DNA from: Macrostomum lignano
Lineage: Eukaryota
Direction: 5' to 3'
Assembly (NCBI GenBank): GCA_002269645.1
Contig: NIVC01001832.1
Location: 1 to 64,000 of the forward strand
Length of the DNA: 64,000 nt
Part shown: positions 10,077 through 52,467 of the stretch, piece after piece
Position numbering within the stretch: position 1 is the stretch's first letter
Layout: each line of letters starts with the position of its first letter
Translations under genes and position numbers: made by a program
The notes under the pieces: generated by a model
The model's database searches: none
What the model was told of the DNA's origin: nothing
The model's input: only the letters and a program-made list of their open reading frames with translations

Positions 10077-10988
10077 TTAGAATTGAGAATTGCTCAGGCG
10101 AATACGGAAAGCCCCTCCCAAGTCAATCCAATATTCACCCGTAACACTGTTGGGCAGAACCAGCTGGATGCAGAGAGGTGCTGGCTGCTGCACTTCATTA
10201 GCGGCCGCAGGCTGAACCTCAGTCGGTGGCGGCGGTGGTGGAGGCGCAGGGCCTGAGTCCATATCGCGAATCAGGTCGGACAGGCTGACTTCGACCGCAG
10301 GCTGAACCTCAGTCGGTGGCGGCGGTGGTGGAGGCGCAGGGCCTGAGTCCATATCGCGAATCACGTCGGACAGGCTGACTTCTGCCACCATCCTGGCACG
10401 CTCCATATTTTTTCCGGGAACAGGGATTGCACGCCGCTGCTGCTGCTGTTGCATTTCTTGCTGCTCCTGTGCTTCAGGCTCACCATCGAGGTTCTCGAAG
10501 AAAGCGGTGTCCAGCTCATTCAGCTCGAAGTCAGGGGTGCCACCTCCATCAGCAGCATCAAGCAGGGGAGCTCCCACATCACCGTCGAGTAGAGCAGCAG
10601 AAGCAGCAGCAGGCTGGGCGTTGGGCTGGTCACCAGTGTTCGTTGATCGGCCGCATAAGCTCGTGATAACTTGACTCAAAGTGCTCACCGGCTCTCGAAT
10701 GCGTTCTGCCGCCCTGTTGCGTTCCTCTTGACGTGCAACTTCCAGAGCAGTAATGCGTGCCTGCTCGCGGTCCTCAGCAGAGCTCCAGTTAACAGTCGAA
10801 TGATTTTTATGCCTTTTGATTTGGCCTCTAACGGTGAAGAGCTCAACGGACTGGCATTCATGGCATAGTAGCCATCGGGTGACACTGCAGCCTTCATTCG
10901 CTACATGGTGCTTTAGTCCACCGAGCATACTAATATTGCAGGTGACACACACCTCATGAACGTAGGATGGGCACCGAGAATGGCTCAT
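10077..10988 (-). CDS. Polinton terminal ORF: Cys/His-rich N-terminus with LxCxE, coiled coil, acidic/Gln/Pro-rich region; possible early regulator
   Basis: 303-aa intact ORF with CxxC..HH and LLCHECQ..H..H, the acidic segment FELNELDTAFFENLD, and two 30-aa repeats (90-bp duplication, 10205-10292 and 10295-10382). Confidence 0.65.
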   Translation of the reverse strand: MSHSRCPSYVHEVCVTCNISMLGGLKHHVANEGCSVTRWLLCHECQSVELFTVRGQIKRHKNHSTVNWSSAEDREQARITALEVARQEERNRAAERIREPVSTLSQVITSLCGRSTNTGDQPNAQPAAASAALLDGDVGAPLLDAADGGGTPDFELNELDTAFFENLDGEPEAQEQQEMQQQQQRRAIPVPGKNMERARMVAEVSLSDVIRDMDSGPAPPPPPPPTEVQPAVEVSLSDLIRDMDSGPAPPPPPPPTEVQPAAANEVQQPAPLCIQLVLPNSVTGEYWIDLGGAFRIRLSNSQF

Positions 10989-11570
10989 GGTTTAAAATTT
11001 AATCAAGGGTTTTTTGTGAAAATTTGAAATTTCGAAGTCCGTTTAAATATCAACAAAATCTATTTTTAATGGCTCAGTAGAAGTTTTCAGTCCTTATATT
11101 CAAATCACCAGGCAATATCGCCTATATACACACACAGATATGTTTACACGTTACATATGTGTATGCACTAATTATTTTCTTACCGTTATTGAACGATAAT
11201 AATAATAAAACTGATAACATTCCCCCCGTCGCGTGCATCAGATAGTTCTAAAGACCTCCACCCCAGACCTGCACCCCACTTCCCCGCGGCCAAATCAGCA
11301 GTATCAAGAAAAACAATAACAAGGCAATAAACGGCTCTTTGCAAGCTCACTTTCACAACAAATTCAGTCCAATTTGCGAGACTCGTACAAAAGTGCGGAG
11401 GAACTCATGAACATAGGCCTATGTATTCCCACTGCCAACAAAGTTTAAATATTGTGGAGATCGGAAGCCAGGTTCACCCAATTCTCAATTAATTATGGCT
11501 AATGTACACTAGAGAAGTTTTTTACTATTTTTAGAGAATCAGTTTTGGGCTTCCCAGGAACTTATGCTGC

Positions 11571-12085
11571 TTTCCCCGCGGCAGAGTCCACCAATCCATT
11601 TACATAGAGCTCTATTCGGCTTTTCATTGAAGATCGAGTAGGAAAATGAAAAGCGTCGAATTTTTCTATTCTATTTTTGTCTACTTCTTAAAGGATAAAA
11701 ACATGTCTATCTAAAATCTAGAAACTAGTATTCTTTTTGAAATGTTTGAAATGTTATTTCAAATTCGTCCTTTCGTTTCTATAGAAATACGACAAAGAAT
11801 CGAGAAAATTTCTCGAACCGAATTCCAGAATCGGATCACGGTTCTGGAACCGAATATGAAGACGGAACAGACAATATGAAAAGCTTCGAACCGATTCTGG
11901 TTCTGGAATCGGTAATATGAAAAGCCCGTATATTTCGCTCTCCGACCCCCCCCCATGGAAATTCCGTGGCTTTCCCTGCGGCAGAGTCCACCAATGCATT
12001 TACATAGGCGCTATGTTTACACACTACAGGCCCGTGGTTTTCCCACGGAAATTCCTGCGGCAGAGTCCACATTTCCCCTACTACT
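11571..12085. repeat. Putative Polinton terminal inverted repeat region with subterminal direct repeats
   Basis: GCGGCAGAGTCCAC occurs at ~11578, ~11978 and ~12057; the first two extend as TTTCCCYGCGGCAGAGTCCACCAATSCATTTACATAG. Ends in CTACTACT. The partner TIR is not in the window. Confidence 0.6.
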
Positions 12086-12650
12086 TCTCTCCTCTCTCTC
12101 CTCTCCTCTCCTCTCTCCTCTCCTCTCCTCTCTCCTCTCCTCTCCTCTCCTCTCCTCTCCTCTCTCCTCTCTCCTCTCATCTCTGGCTTTCTCTCTCATC
12201 TCTCATCTCTCATTCCGCCTCTCTCATATCTCCTATCTCCCCCTCACCTCTCTGTCCTCCTCTCTCCTGTCCTCTCTCCTCTCCTCTCCTCTCCTCTCTT
12301 CTCTCCTCTCCTCTCTTCTCTCTCTCCTCTCCTGTCCTCTCTCCTCTCCTCTCCTCTCCTCTCTTCTCTTCTCTCCTCTCCTCTCTCCTCTCCTCTCCTC
12401 TCCTCTCTCCTCTCTCCTCTCATCTCTGGCTTTCTCTCTCATCTCTCATCTCTCATTCCGCCTCTCTCCTATCTCCTCTCTCCCCCTCACCTCTCTGCCC
12501 TCCTCTCTCCTCTCTCCCCTCTCCTCTCCCTCTACTCTCCTCTCTCCCCTTCTCTCCCCTCTCTCCCCTCTCCTCTCTGCCCTCCTCTCTCCTCTCTCCC
12601 CTTCTCTCCCCTCTCTCCCCTCTCCTCTCTCCCCTCCACTCTCCTCTCTC
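12086..12650. repeat. CT-rich low-complexity tract with an internal ~240-bp duplication
   Basis: (CTCTC)n-like sequence; the segment CATCTCTGGCTTTCTCTCTCATC..CATTCCGCC recurs at ~12178 and ~12421. Confidence 0.9.
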
Positions 12651-12715
12651 TGGCCCGCAGTATTGCGTCAGATTATCTATCTGGCCCTTTAGTTAAAATA
12701 GTTTGCCAACCTCTG
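12651..12715 (+). mobile_element. 3' end of a hAT-like non-autonomous DNA transposon (MITE)
   Basis: TGGCCCGCAG..CTGGCCC..AGTTTGCCAACCTCTG resembles the GGCCCGC subterminal motifs and GTTTGCCGACCCCTG TIR of hAT/Charlie-like elements. The other TIR is not seen. Confidence 0.45.
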
Positions 12716-13496
12716 CTCCAGAGAATGCATAGCGCTGAATCGGATTTTGCTAAAAAATTCGATATCTCGAGAAGGGTTTACAGCAGCCCATACTTTCGCA
12801 TCTACATTCTGTGCCATTGGGGTTGGCGTCATGGGTGTGAATCATTCTACGAATTTTTGTTACACAGACATGAAGCAAAGGATAATAAAATAGATTAATT
12901 AACCAGTGAGTCGAGTTTTGCCATTTTATGATTTTTAGGCAAATAGGACGTGCGTATAATATAAAATTAACATACGAGCTACTTGTAGAATCCTTATTTT
13001 CTAAACGAAAAAACTTTATGAATATCAATAGAGCTATAAGAAAGGCAAAAAATATCAAAAGATGAAGATTGGGCCTGCCTCCTATCAAAAGCGACACCAA
13101 TTCTAAAGAAACGTGCTAAAGAAATGAAAGTCACCTATCTTAGAAATAATCGGCAAAACCGATTATTCTCATCTCTCGATTATTCTCTACAAGATCTCTA
13201 GATCTCAGATCTCATCTCATCTCATCTCATCTCATCTCTAGATCTCAAGATCTCATCTCTAGATGATTCGACTCTATAGAATCATAGAGATGAGACCGAT
13301 TATTATCGGTAAGGCCTCCTAAAATGTTTCAAGAAACGCAATTTCCCCATCCTTTTTGAGTAGTCCTTGCTCAAATTCCAAACGAACAATTTTCCCAAGT
13401 TCCAAGTATTTTTGCTGGATTTTCTAGACCGGCCCTCCAACTCGGAATTTGGGACTACAGCCCATTTTTTCTTAGAAAGAGTTTGCACCTCCTCAC

Positions 13497-43651
<30,155 letters not shown>

Positions 43652-44099
43652 TGCTTACACTTCTCAAATTGACGGGTCCTGTTTCTATGAATTTCCCAGT
43701 CAGATTCTAGAAATGAACGAAATTCGAGTTACTCGTAGAAGCGTTTGCAACAGAAGTTAAATGCGCGATAATTGCAATATTGCAATAACCAATGAGCGAT
43801 GGGGCAGGTGAGTCTTCGGGGCTTTAGAGATAAAAGCCTGTTGTCTTCCACTGCCAATCGATAACTAAAACGGATGCCTCAAAAGCGCTTAGCTCAGCCC
43901 AGCTCACTATTGCTGCAAAAGTGACTATAAGATACGCGTTAAATTTCTCGCTTCCATCACTTCTTCTTCCGTTGCTTGCAGAACAGCGAAAGCAAGAAAA
44001 GCAAGATAAATGCGTGTCGCTTCCGGTGGCGGGAGCCCGGGAGGGGGCGCTGATGTGAAGCGGCGATAGCGCTGCCACTCACGGATAAACAAATACTGC

Positions 44100-44113
44100 G
44101 TTGCCATGGAGAC
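44100..44113 (-). promoter_or_regulatory. RFX X-box (GTCTCCATGGCAAC) about 450 bp upstream of the PKD1-like ATG
   Basis: Near-perfect match to the X-box consensus of ciliary genes; an ETS-like CTTCCGG lies at ~44020. Confidence 0.6.
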
Positions 44114-44299
44114 AATAGGCTGAATGTGTCTCTGCTAGCTGCGGAGGAGCTGGGAGAGAGTTTGGAATATTAGAAGAAGAAGGTGTTTAGATTGAGCAAA
44201 TAAAAGAGGGCTGGTTGCTGGGCTCTTGACTCAAGATCATGTCTTGACGGGCCGAGCAGTTTTTTTTCAAATTGGCGATTATTGACGTTCTTTGTGGCA

Positions 44300-45770
44300 T
44301 TTCTCACTGGATTCTCATTGGATTTCTCATGGGATTTCTCATGGGATTTCTCACTGGATTCTCATTGGATTTCTCATGGGATTTCACATGGGATTTCTCA
44401 CTGGATTCTCATTGGATGTCTCACTGGATTCTCATTGGATTTCTCATGGGATTTCACATGGGATTTCACATGGGATTTCTCATGGGATTTCTCATGGGAT
44501 TTCTCATGGGATTTCTCATTGGATTCTCATTGGATTTCTCATTGGATTCTCATTGGATTTCTCATGGGATTTCACATGGGATTTCTCATGGGATTTCTCA
44601 TTGGATTCTCATTGGATTTCTCACTGGATTCTCATTGGATGTCTCACTGGATTCTCATTGGATTTCTCATGGGATTTCACATGGGATTTCTCATGGGATT
44701 TCTCATTGGATTCTCATTGGATTTCTCATGGGATTTTTCATTGGATTTCTCATGGGATTTCTCATGGGATTTCTCATTGGATTTCTCATGGGATTTCTCA
44801 TTGGATTTCTCATGGGATTTTTCATTGGATTTCTCATAGGATTTCTTATGGGATTTCTTATGGGAGTTTTCATTTTTCATGAGCCCTGTGACGCTAACTG
44901 CGTATTTTCATTTTTTAAATCGGAAGTGTGCAACAAAATTCTCATTGGATTTCTCATTGGATTTCTCATTGGATTTCTCATTGGAATTCTAATTGGATTT
45001 CTTATTGGATTTCTCATTGGATTTCTCATTGGATTTCTCATGGGATCTCTTATGAGATTTTTCAGGGGATCTCTTATGAGATTTCTCAGGGATTTCTTAT
45101 TGGATTTCTCATTGGATTTCTCATTGGATTTCTCATTGGATTTCTAATTGGATTTCTAATTGGATTTCTCATTGGATTTCTGATTGGATTTCTCATGGGA
45201 TCTCTTATGAGATTTTTCAGGGGATCTCTTATGAGATTTCTCAGGGATTTCTCATTGGATTTCTCATGATATTTCTCTTTGGATTTCTCATTGGATTTCT
45301 CATTGGATTTCTCATTGGATTTCTCATTGGATTTCTCATTGGATTTCTCATTGGATTTCTCATGGGATCCCTTATGAGATTTTTCAGGGATTTCTTATTG
45401 GATTTCTCATGATATTTCTCATTGGATTTCTGATTGGATTTCTGATAGGATTCTCATAGGATTTCTGATTGGATTTCTCATGATATTTCTCATGGGATTT
45501 CTCATTGGATTTCTCATGGGATTTCTCATTGGATTTCTCATTGGATTTCTAATGGGATTTCTCATTGGATTCTCGTTGGATTCTCATTGGATTTCTCATT
45601 GGATTTCTAATTGGATTTCTCATGGGATCTCTTATGAGATTTTTCAGGGGATCTCTTATGAGATTTCCCAGGGATTTTTCATTGGATATCTCATAGGATT
45701 TCTCATTGGATTTCTCATTGGATTTCTAATTAGATTTCTCATGGGATTTCTTATGAGAGTTTTCATTTTT
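44300..45770. repeat. 12-bp satellite (GGATTTCTCATT/GGATTTCTCATG) with a duplicated unique spacer
   Basis: Directly visible; the unique ~75-bp segment recurs at ~44869-44940 and ~45762-45835. Confidence 0.93.
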
Positions 45771-46080
45771 CATGAGCCCTGTGACGCTAACCGCGTATTT
45801 TCATTTTTTAAATCAGAAATGTGCAACAAAATTTTAATTTCTCCAGATATGGAAGTTTTTGAAATAGGAATTCTAGAGAATTAGCAAAATGCAAGAGCTT
45901 CTACTCGTAGTGGGGGTGTTTTCCAACAGGTCAGGCAATTATTTATTAAGCTATACTTTATATACTTAAATAACGTCATAAATGCGTATTATACTACTGC
46001 AAAGGCTCAACGATAGTAGCTCACATGTACATGTAGTTGCATTCTTAATTTCTTTTAAATACTGGAAAAAAACTACTAGA

Positions 46081-47085
<1,005 letters not shown>

Positions 47086-48119
47086 CACAAGCTCATTAGT
47101 CACAGCCCGTGGCTCAGCCAATCAGAGCCGAGTTCGGCAGCCATTCAGTTCACCCAATCTGTAGCCAATCAGCAGCAAGCCAGCAAGAATCAAACCAAAG
47201 TCCATAGGCCAGAGCCCCCCGTCTGAGTCTGGAATTCGCTGTCCACCAGTTAAGCCCTAAGCGCCACTTTCTGCAATCACAGACAGATCGATAATTCCCT
47301 TTTTCCGTTGCTACCTGCTGAAATTCTGAAACCCGCAATACAAGGTATCAAAAGTTAGTGTCAATAAATTCTGTTTCCATAGAGATAATTACAATTAAGA
47401 TACAGAGAAGCGACTGCAGATCGAAACAGGCAATAAAAGGTAGGATGTTTACTAAGTTCGAATGTAATTAGCCCATCTGAAATGACTTATTGGTGATATA
47501 CTTGTGGCTTAGGAGATCGCAGTGCTTTGATTTGAACTCGTACTTTTCTTTGTACGTCGAGCACAGCCTGATGCTGATAATTAAGGCCCAGATTCCATTT
47601 CTATTCCTTCAGCCTTGAGCAGCGCCCACTGTTGAGGCTGAAGGCTCCCCTGAGGACAGTGATGGAGCGATGCGATGAGTCTGAGGGAGCCTTCCTGGAC
47701 AGGAACAGGATGGGAAGTGGGATAATGCTGCCTCCAGATAGATTGGTTTCGGTAACTGCTGGAACCAACTAAGACTAAGTCACTGCAGCCTGTAGCAACA
47801 GGGGTTGAGTGACAGGTCGCACGCTATCCCGCTGGGATGCCGCTGTCAGATTTTCTGCAACAGTATTTTAGACAGTTGGAAGGGATGAAGTATTGTGAGA
47901 CACAACTGCTACCAGGACATCTGCAAAAACATGGGAAGCGGAGACTGGGTGAGTGTGAATGACAGTGTGAGAGAGAGAGACATTCTGGCACATTCGATCG
48001 CTGTTCAGTTGTCACTCGCAAGTTTCAAGTATGCCCGGAATTTCTAAGAACTCCAGCGTCAATTGTTCAAACCTCAAAAACTGCACTTTTCAAGAAACAC
48101 GACATGCGGACATGCGGAG

Positions 48120-51100
48120 TCTGAAGATCTGGGAGTCTGAGGATCTGGGAGTGTGGCTACTCAGTCTGAGGATCTGGGAGTGCTTACTCTGAGGACCTAG
48201 GAGTGTAGCTACTCAGTCTGAGGACCTAGGAGTGTAGCTACTCAGTCTGAGGACCTAGGAGTGTAGCTACTCAGTCTGAGGACCTAGGAGTGTAGCTACT
48301 CAGTCTGAGGACCTAGGAGTGTAGCTACTCAGTCTGAGGACCTAGGAGTGTAGCTACTCAGTCTGAGGATCTGGGAGTGTGGCTGCTCAGTCTTGGGATC
48401 TGGGAGTGTGGCTGCTCAGTCTTGGGATCTGGGAGTGTGGCTGCTCAGTCTGAGGATCTGGGAGTGTGGCTACTCAGTCTGAGGATCTGGGAGTGTGGCT
48501 GCTCAGTCTGAGGATCTGGGAGTGTGGCTGCTCAGTCTTGGGATCTGGGAGTGTTGCTGCTCAGTCTGAGGATCTGGGAGTGTGGCTGCTCAGTCTGAGG
48601 ATCTGGGAGTGTGGCTACTCAGTCTGAGGATCTGGGAGTGTGGCTGCTCAGTCTGAGGATCTGGGAGTGTGGCTGCTCAGTCTGAGGATCTGGGAGTGTG
48701 GCTGCTCAGTCTGAGGATCTGGGAGTGTGGCTGCTCAGTCTGAGGGTCTGGGAGTGTGGCTGCTCAATCTGAGGATCTAGGAGTGTAGCTACTCAGTCTG
48801 AGGATCTGGGAGTGTGGCTACTCAGTCTGAGGATCTGGGAGTGTGGCTGCTCAGTCTGAGGATCTGGGAGTGTGGCTGCTCAGTCTGAGGATCTGGGAGT
48901 GTGGCTGCTCAGTCTGAGGATCTGGGAGTGTGGCTGCTCAGTCTGAGGATCTGGGAGTGTGGCTGCTCAGTCTGAGGATCTGGGAGTGTGGCTGCTCAAT
49001 CTGAGGATCTAGGAGTGTAGCTACTCAGTCTGAGGATCTGGGAGTCTGAGGATATGGGAGTCTGAAAATCTGGGAGTCTGAGGATATGGGAGTCTGAGGA
49101 TCTGGGAATCTGAGGATCTGGGAGGACCCGGACTGCAAGAGTTCTACAAGTACAGCTTCTGCCCTCATGAGAATCTGGGACAAAGCACACACATAGCTAA
49201 TGAGCTAGCAGGGGAAAAGTTTAAATAATAAAAAACTGGGAGTTTTCTGTTCCAACCGAATGTCACGCCCGCCTGTCCCTCCAGCTGTCACGTTTTTTTC
49301 AACTTTGCAGTTGTTAGCAAAAAAAGTTAAAAGTAGGAAAAGGAGTCGCGCACCAGCTAGCAAACCATTTGTACAACAGCTCGCAGACAGGGGCTCCCAC
49401 CTCAAAGCGGAAAGATGAGCAGTGGCGTCACGGGCATCTCACCATTCTCTCTGTAAAATATCCCACTCTCTTATTAAGCTTCTCAACTTGAATCCCAGCG
49501 GTTGCTCAGCAAATGAACTTTCCAAACTGCCACAGCTAGAAAGCATAGCTAAACGTGTATTATAGCTGGTTGTCATGGTGATTTCAATCGATTGCGCCGT
49601 TCTATTCTCGTCGCAAGGAAATTTCCTCGCTTGACCCCCCCCCCGCCCCCGGTCCTGTAGCAGAAGCTGAGAGAAAATTGCATTACAGTGGCGAACGATT
49701 CGGCAACAAATGGCTCTCATTATTCAGTTGCTATTGCTTGAAAACTGTTCGCACTCCAGCAACTCTGTCACTGAGGCTCTCTGCCGTCCGTCTTGCCCCA
49801 GTCCTCGGCCTCCCTAATCCGCTTCTGGTGTCCTGCAGTTGCCACTAATGGGGCTGCGTCCTTCAAGCATCTTTGATGCATAGCCAGTCGCAGTGTCTGA
49901 TCCCACTCCCACCTGCCTTGTTCTCAGTGTAAAAACCTGGACTTTTTCTTGTAGCAAGTTTCGTTATCTATATCTGGCAGCAGCCTGTCAGAGTGCGGGC
50001 CGCTTGTCCATCATTGATCTGCTAAGCCAAGCTTTAATAAGGCAGCTTCGGCGCGCACCTGTAGGCCCAAAATCAGGCGTGGAACCTGCACAAGGTGCGA
50101 ATCTAGGTCAAGGTCAGCTTCTGCTCCGAGATTGGATTTTCTCAACCCTCGGTGATTTATTTACCCCTCAGCAGCTGAGCGTAGTATTTGTGAACTGCTT
50201 ATTCACAACATTCACACTTATAATTTGCCATTGTTTCACTCTGCGCTTATTAAATTCAGGGTGCTTTAAGCACTGCAGGAGGATCTGGGAGTGTGGCTAC
50301 TCAGTCTGAGGATCTGGGAGTGTGGCTGCTCAGTCTGAGGGTCTGGGAGTGTGGCTGCTCAGTCTGAGGGTCTGGGAGTGTGGCTGCTCAGACCGAGGGT
50401 CTGGGAGTGTGGCTGCTCAGTCTGAGGATCTGGGAGTGTGGCTGCTCAGTCTGAGGGTCTGGGAGTGTGGCTACTCAGTCTGAGGATCTGGGAGTGTGGC
50501 TGCTCAGTCTGAGGGTCTGGGAGTGTGGCTACTCAGTCTGAGGGTCTGGGAGTGTGGCTGCTCAGTCTGAGGATCTGGGAGTGTGGCTACTCAGTCTGAG
50601 GGTCTGCGAGTGTGGCTGCTCAGTCTGAGGATCTGGGAGTGTGGCTACTCAGTCTGAGTATCTGCGAGTGTGGCTACTCAGTCTGAGAGTCTGGGAGTGT
50701 GGCTACTCAGTCTGAGGGTCTGGGAGTGTGGCTGCTCAGTCTGAGTATCTGAGAGTGTGGCTGCTCAGTCTGAGGGTCTGGGAGTGTGGCTACTCAGTCT
50801 GAGTATCTGGGAGTGTGGCTGCTCAGTCTGAGGGTCTGGGAGTGTGGCTGCTCAGTCTGAGGATCTGGGAGTGTGGCTACTCAGTCTGAGGGTCTGGGAG
50901 TGTGGCTGCTCAGTCTGAGTATCTGGGAGAGTGGCTACTCAGTCTGAGTATCTGGGAGTGTGGCTACTCAGTCTGAGGATCTGGGAGTGTGGCTGCTCAG
51001 TCTGAGGATCTGGGAGTGTGGCTACTCAGTCTGAGGATCTGGGAGTGTAGCTACTCAGTCTGAGTATCTGGGAGTGTGGCTACTCAGTCTGAGGGTCTGG

Positions 51101-51570
51101 GAGTGTGGCTGCTCAGACCGAGGGTCTGGGAGTGTGGCTGCTCAGTCTGAGGATCTGGGAGTGTGGCTGCTCAGTCTGAGGGTCTGGGAGTGTGGCTACT
51201 CAGTCTGAGGATCTGGGAGTGTGGCTGCTCAGTCTGAGGATCTGGGAGTGTGGCTGCTCAGTCTGAGTATCTGGGAGTGTGGCTACTCAGTCTGAGTATC
51301 TGGGAGTGTGGCTACTCAGTCTGAGGATCTGGGAGTGTGGTGATTTAGTCTGAGTATCTGGGAGTGTGGCTACTCAGTCTGAGTATCTGGGAGTGTGGCT
51401 ACTCAGTCTGAGGATCTCGGAGTGTGGTGATTTAGTCTGAGTATCTGGGAGTGTGGCTACTCAGTCTGAGGATCTCGGAGTGTGGTGATTTAGTCTGAGG
51501 ATCTGGGATCTTGGATCTGGGATCTGGGATCTTGGATCTGGGATCTGGGATCTGGGATCTGGGATCTGGG
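48120..51570. repeat. 29-bp satellite (GTCTGAGGATCTGGGAGTGTGGCTGCTCA) in two blocks, 48120-49110 and 50280-51570
   Basis: The same unit lies on both sides of a ~1.2-kb unique segment. Confidence 0.93.
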
Positions 51571-52467
51571 CTTTGTTGCGCATAGCGCAGGTTGCATTGA
51601 TGCAGTCACGAATCACAGTGGGCCGCTATTAGATATGAGATGCGCCATCTTGTTTTCCCTAATATTTTCGGACCCGAATCATATTCCCTTGAGCCTGGGG
51701 TTCAAGATTTGAGCAGGCGAGGAGGGTCACGTGAGGACAAGCTGCATAGAAATCAGCGGCCCTTTCAGCTTCTAAAAAGATATCCCAGTACGAAGAAGAG
51801 AGTCCGGGTGCTCAAAGCCGCTTTATTACGTATAATCTCAGTTTCTCCCGGGTTGCCCCTTCTCTATTCTGAGCATAATTAATGGCTCTCCTGGTTCAAT
51901 ACTTGGTCTCCAGCCGGTATTAGCGGCGGGTTCAGCAGCAGGTCTGGATAGAGAATGACAAAAGTGATTGATATTTTTGGGCTGTGGGGAAACCCTCACT
52001 TTGGTCTGTTCCTGACTCTCTCTCCCTTCTTTTCTTGCTCAAGCTGTCAAAGTGTTCCCCCAATCCCAGTATAATATTAGCAGTGCAGCTCACCTGAGCG
52101 GCGCATGCCTTTGCATAGCAACACATGGGGGGGGGACAGTTCCCAATGCCCAACCCCACTAGAATCTTCCCACTTCATTGAAGAATGAGAATTTCAAGTA
52201 TAGAGCAGGAAGAATATCCCACAGTATTCTGCACAGGTGATTAGTGACTTCAACTAAGGGAGGTTCCAGTTTCACGCATCGATTCACTGGAGCGAAACCC
52301 AAGCTCTGCTTCTAATTCAGTGATCAATCCTCTGTCTGAGCCAGGTCAGAAATCGATTTTCAAACCGGTTTTTTGTCATCTAGCATGCGCCTCAATAAAT
52401 CAATTGAAAGCAGGAATTTTACCGCATACCTTATGTAGTTTCTTGATAAAGATAAAACTGTCCGTTA

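Larger units (their letters stand above)
1..12085. mobile_element. Polinton/Maverick (adintovirus-like) endogenous dsDNA virus, right-hand part; left end is outside the window
   Basis: Clustered hallmark genes: double-jelly-roll major capsid C-terminus, adenoviral-type cysteine protease, A32-like ATPase and protein-primed PolB. Ends in CTACTACT at 12078-12085, the reverse complement of the AGTAGT.. Polinton terminus. Integrase and minor capsid genes are not in the window. Confidence 0.93.

Noticed and set aside
12750-13100. 116-aa minus-strand ORF as the next PKD1 exon
   Set aside because: AT-rich, with no PLAT C-terminal or polycystin TM similarity and no convincing phase-0 acceptor.
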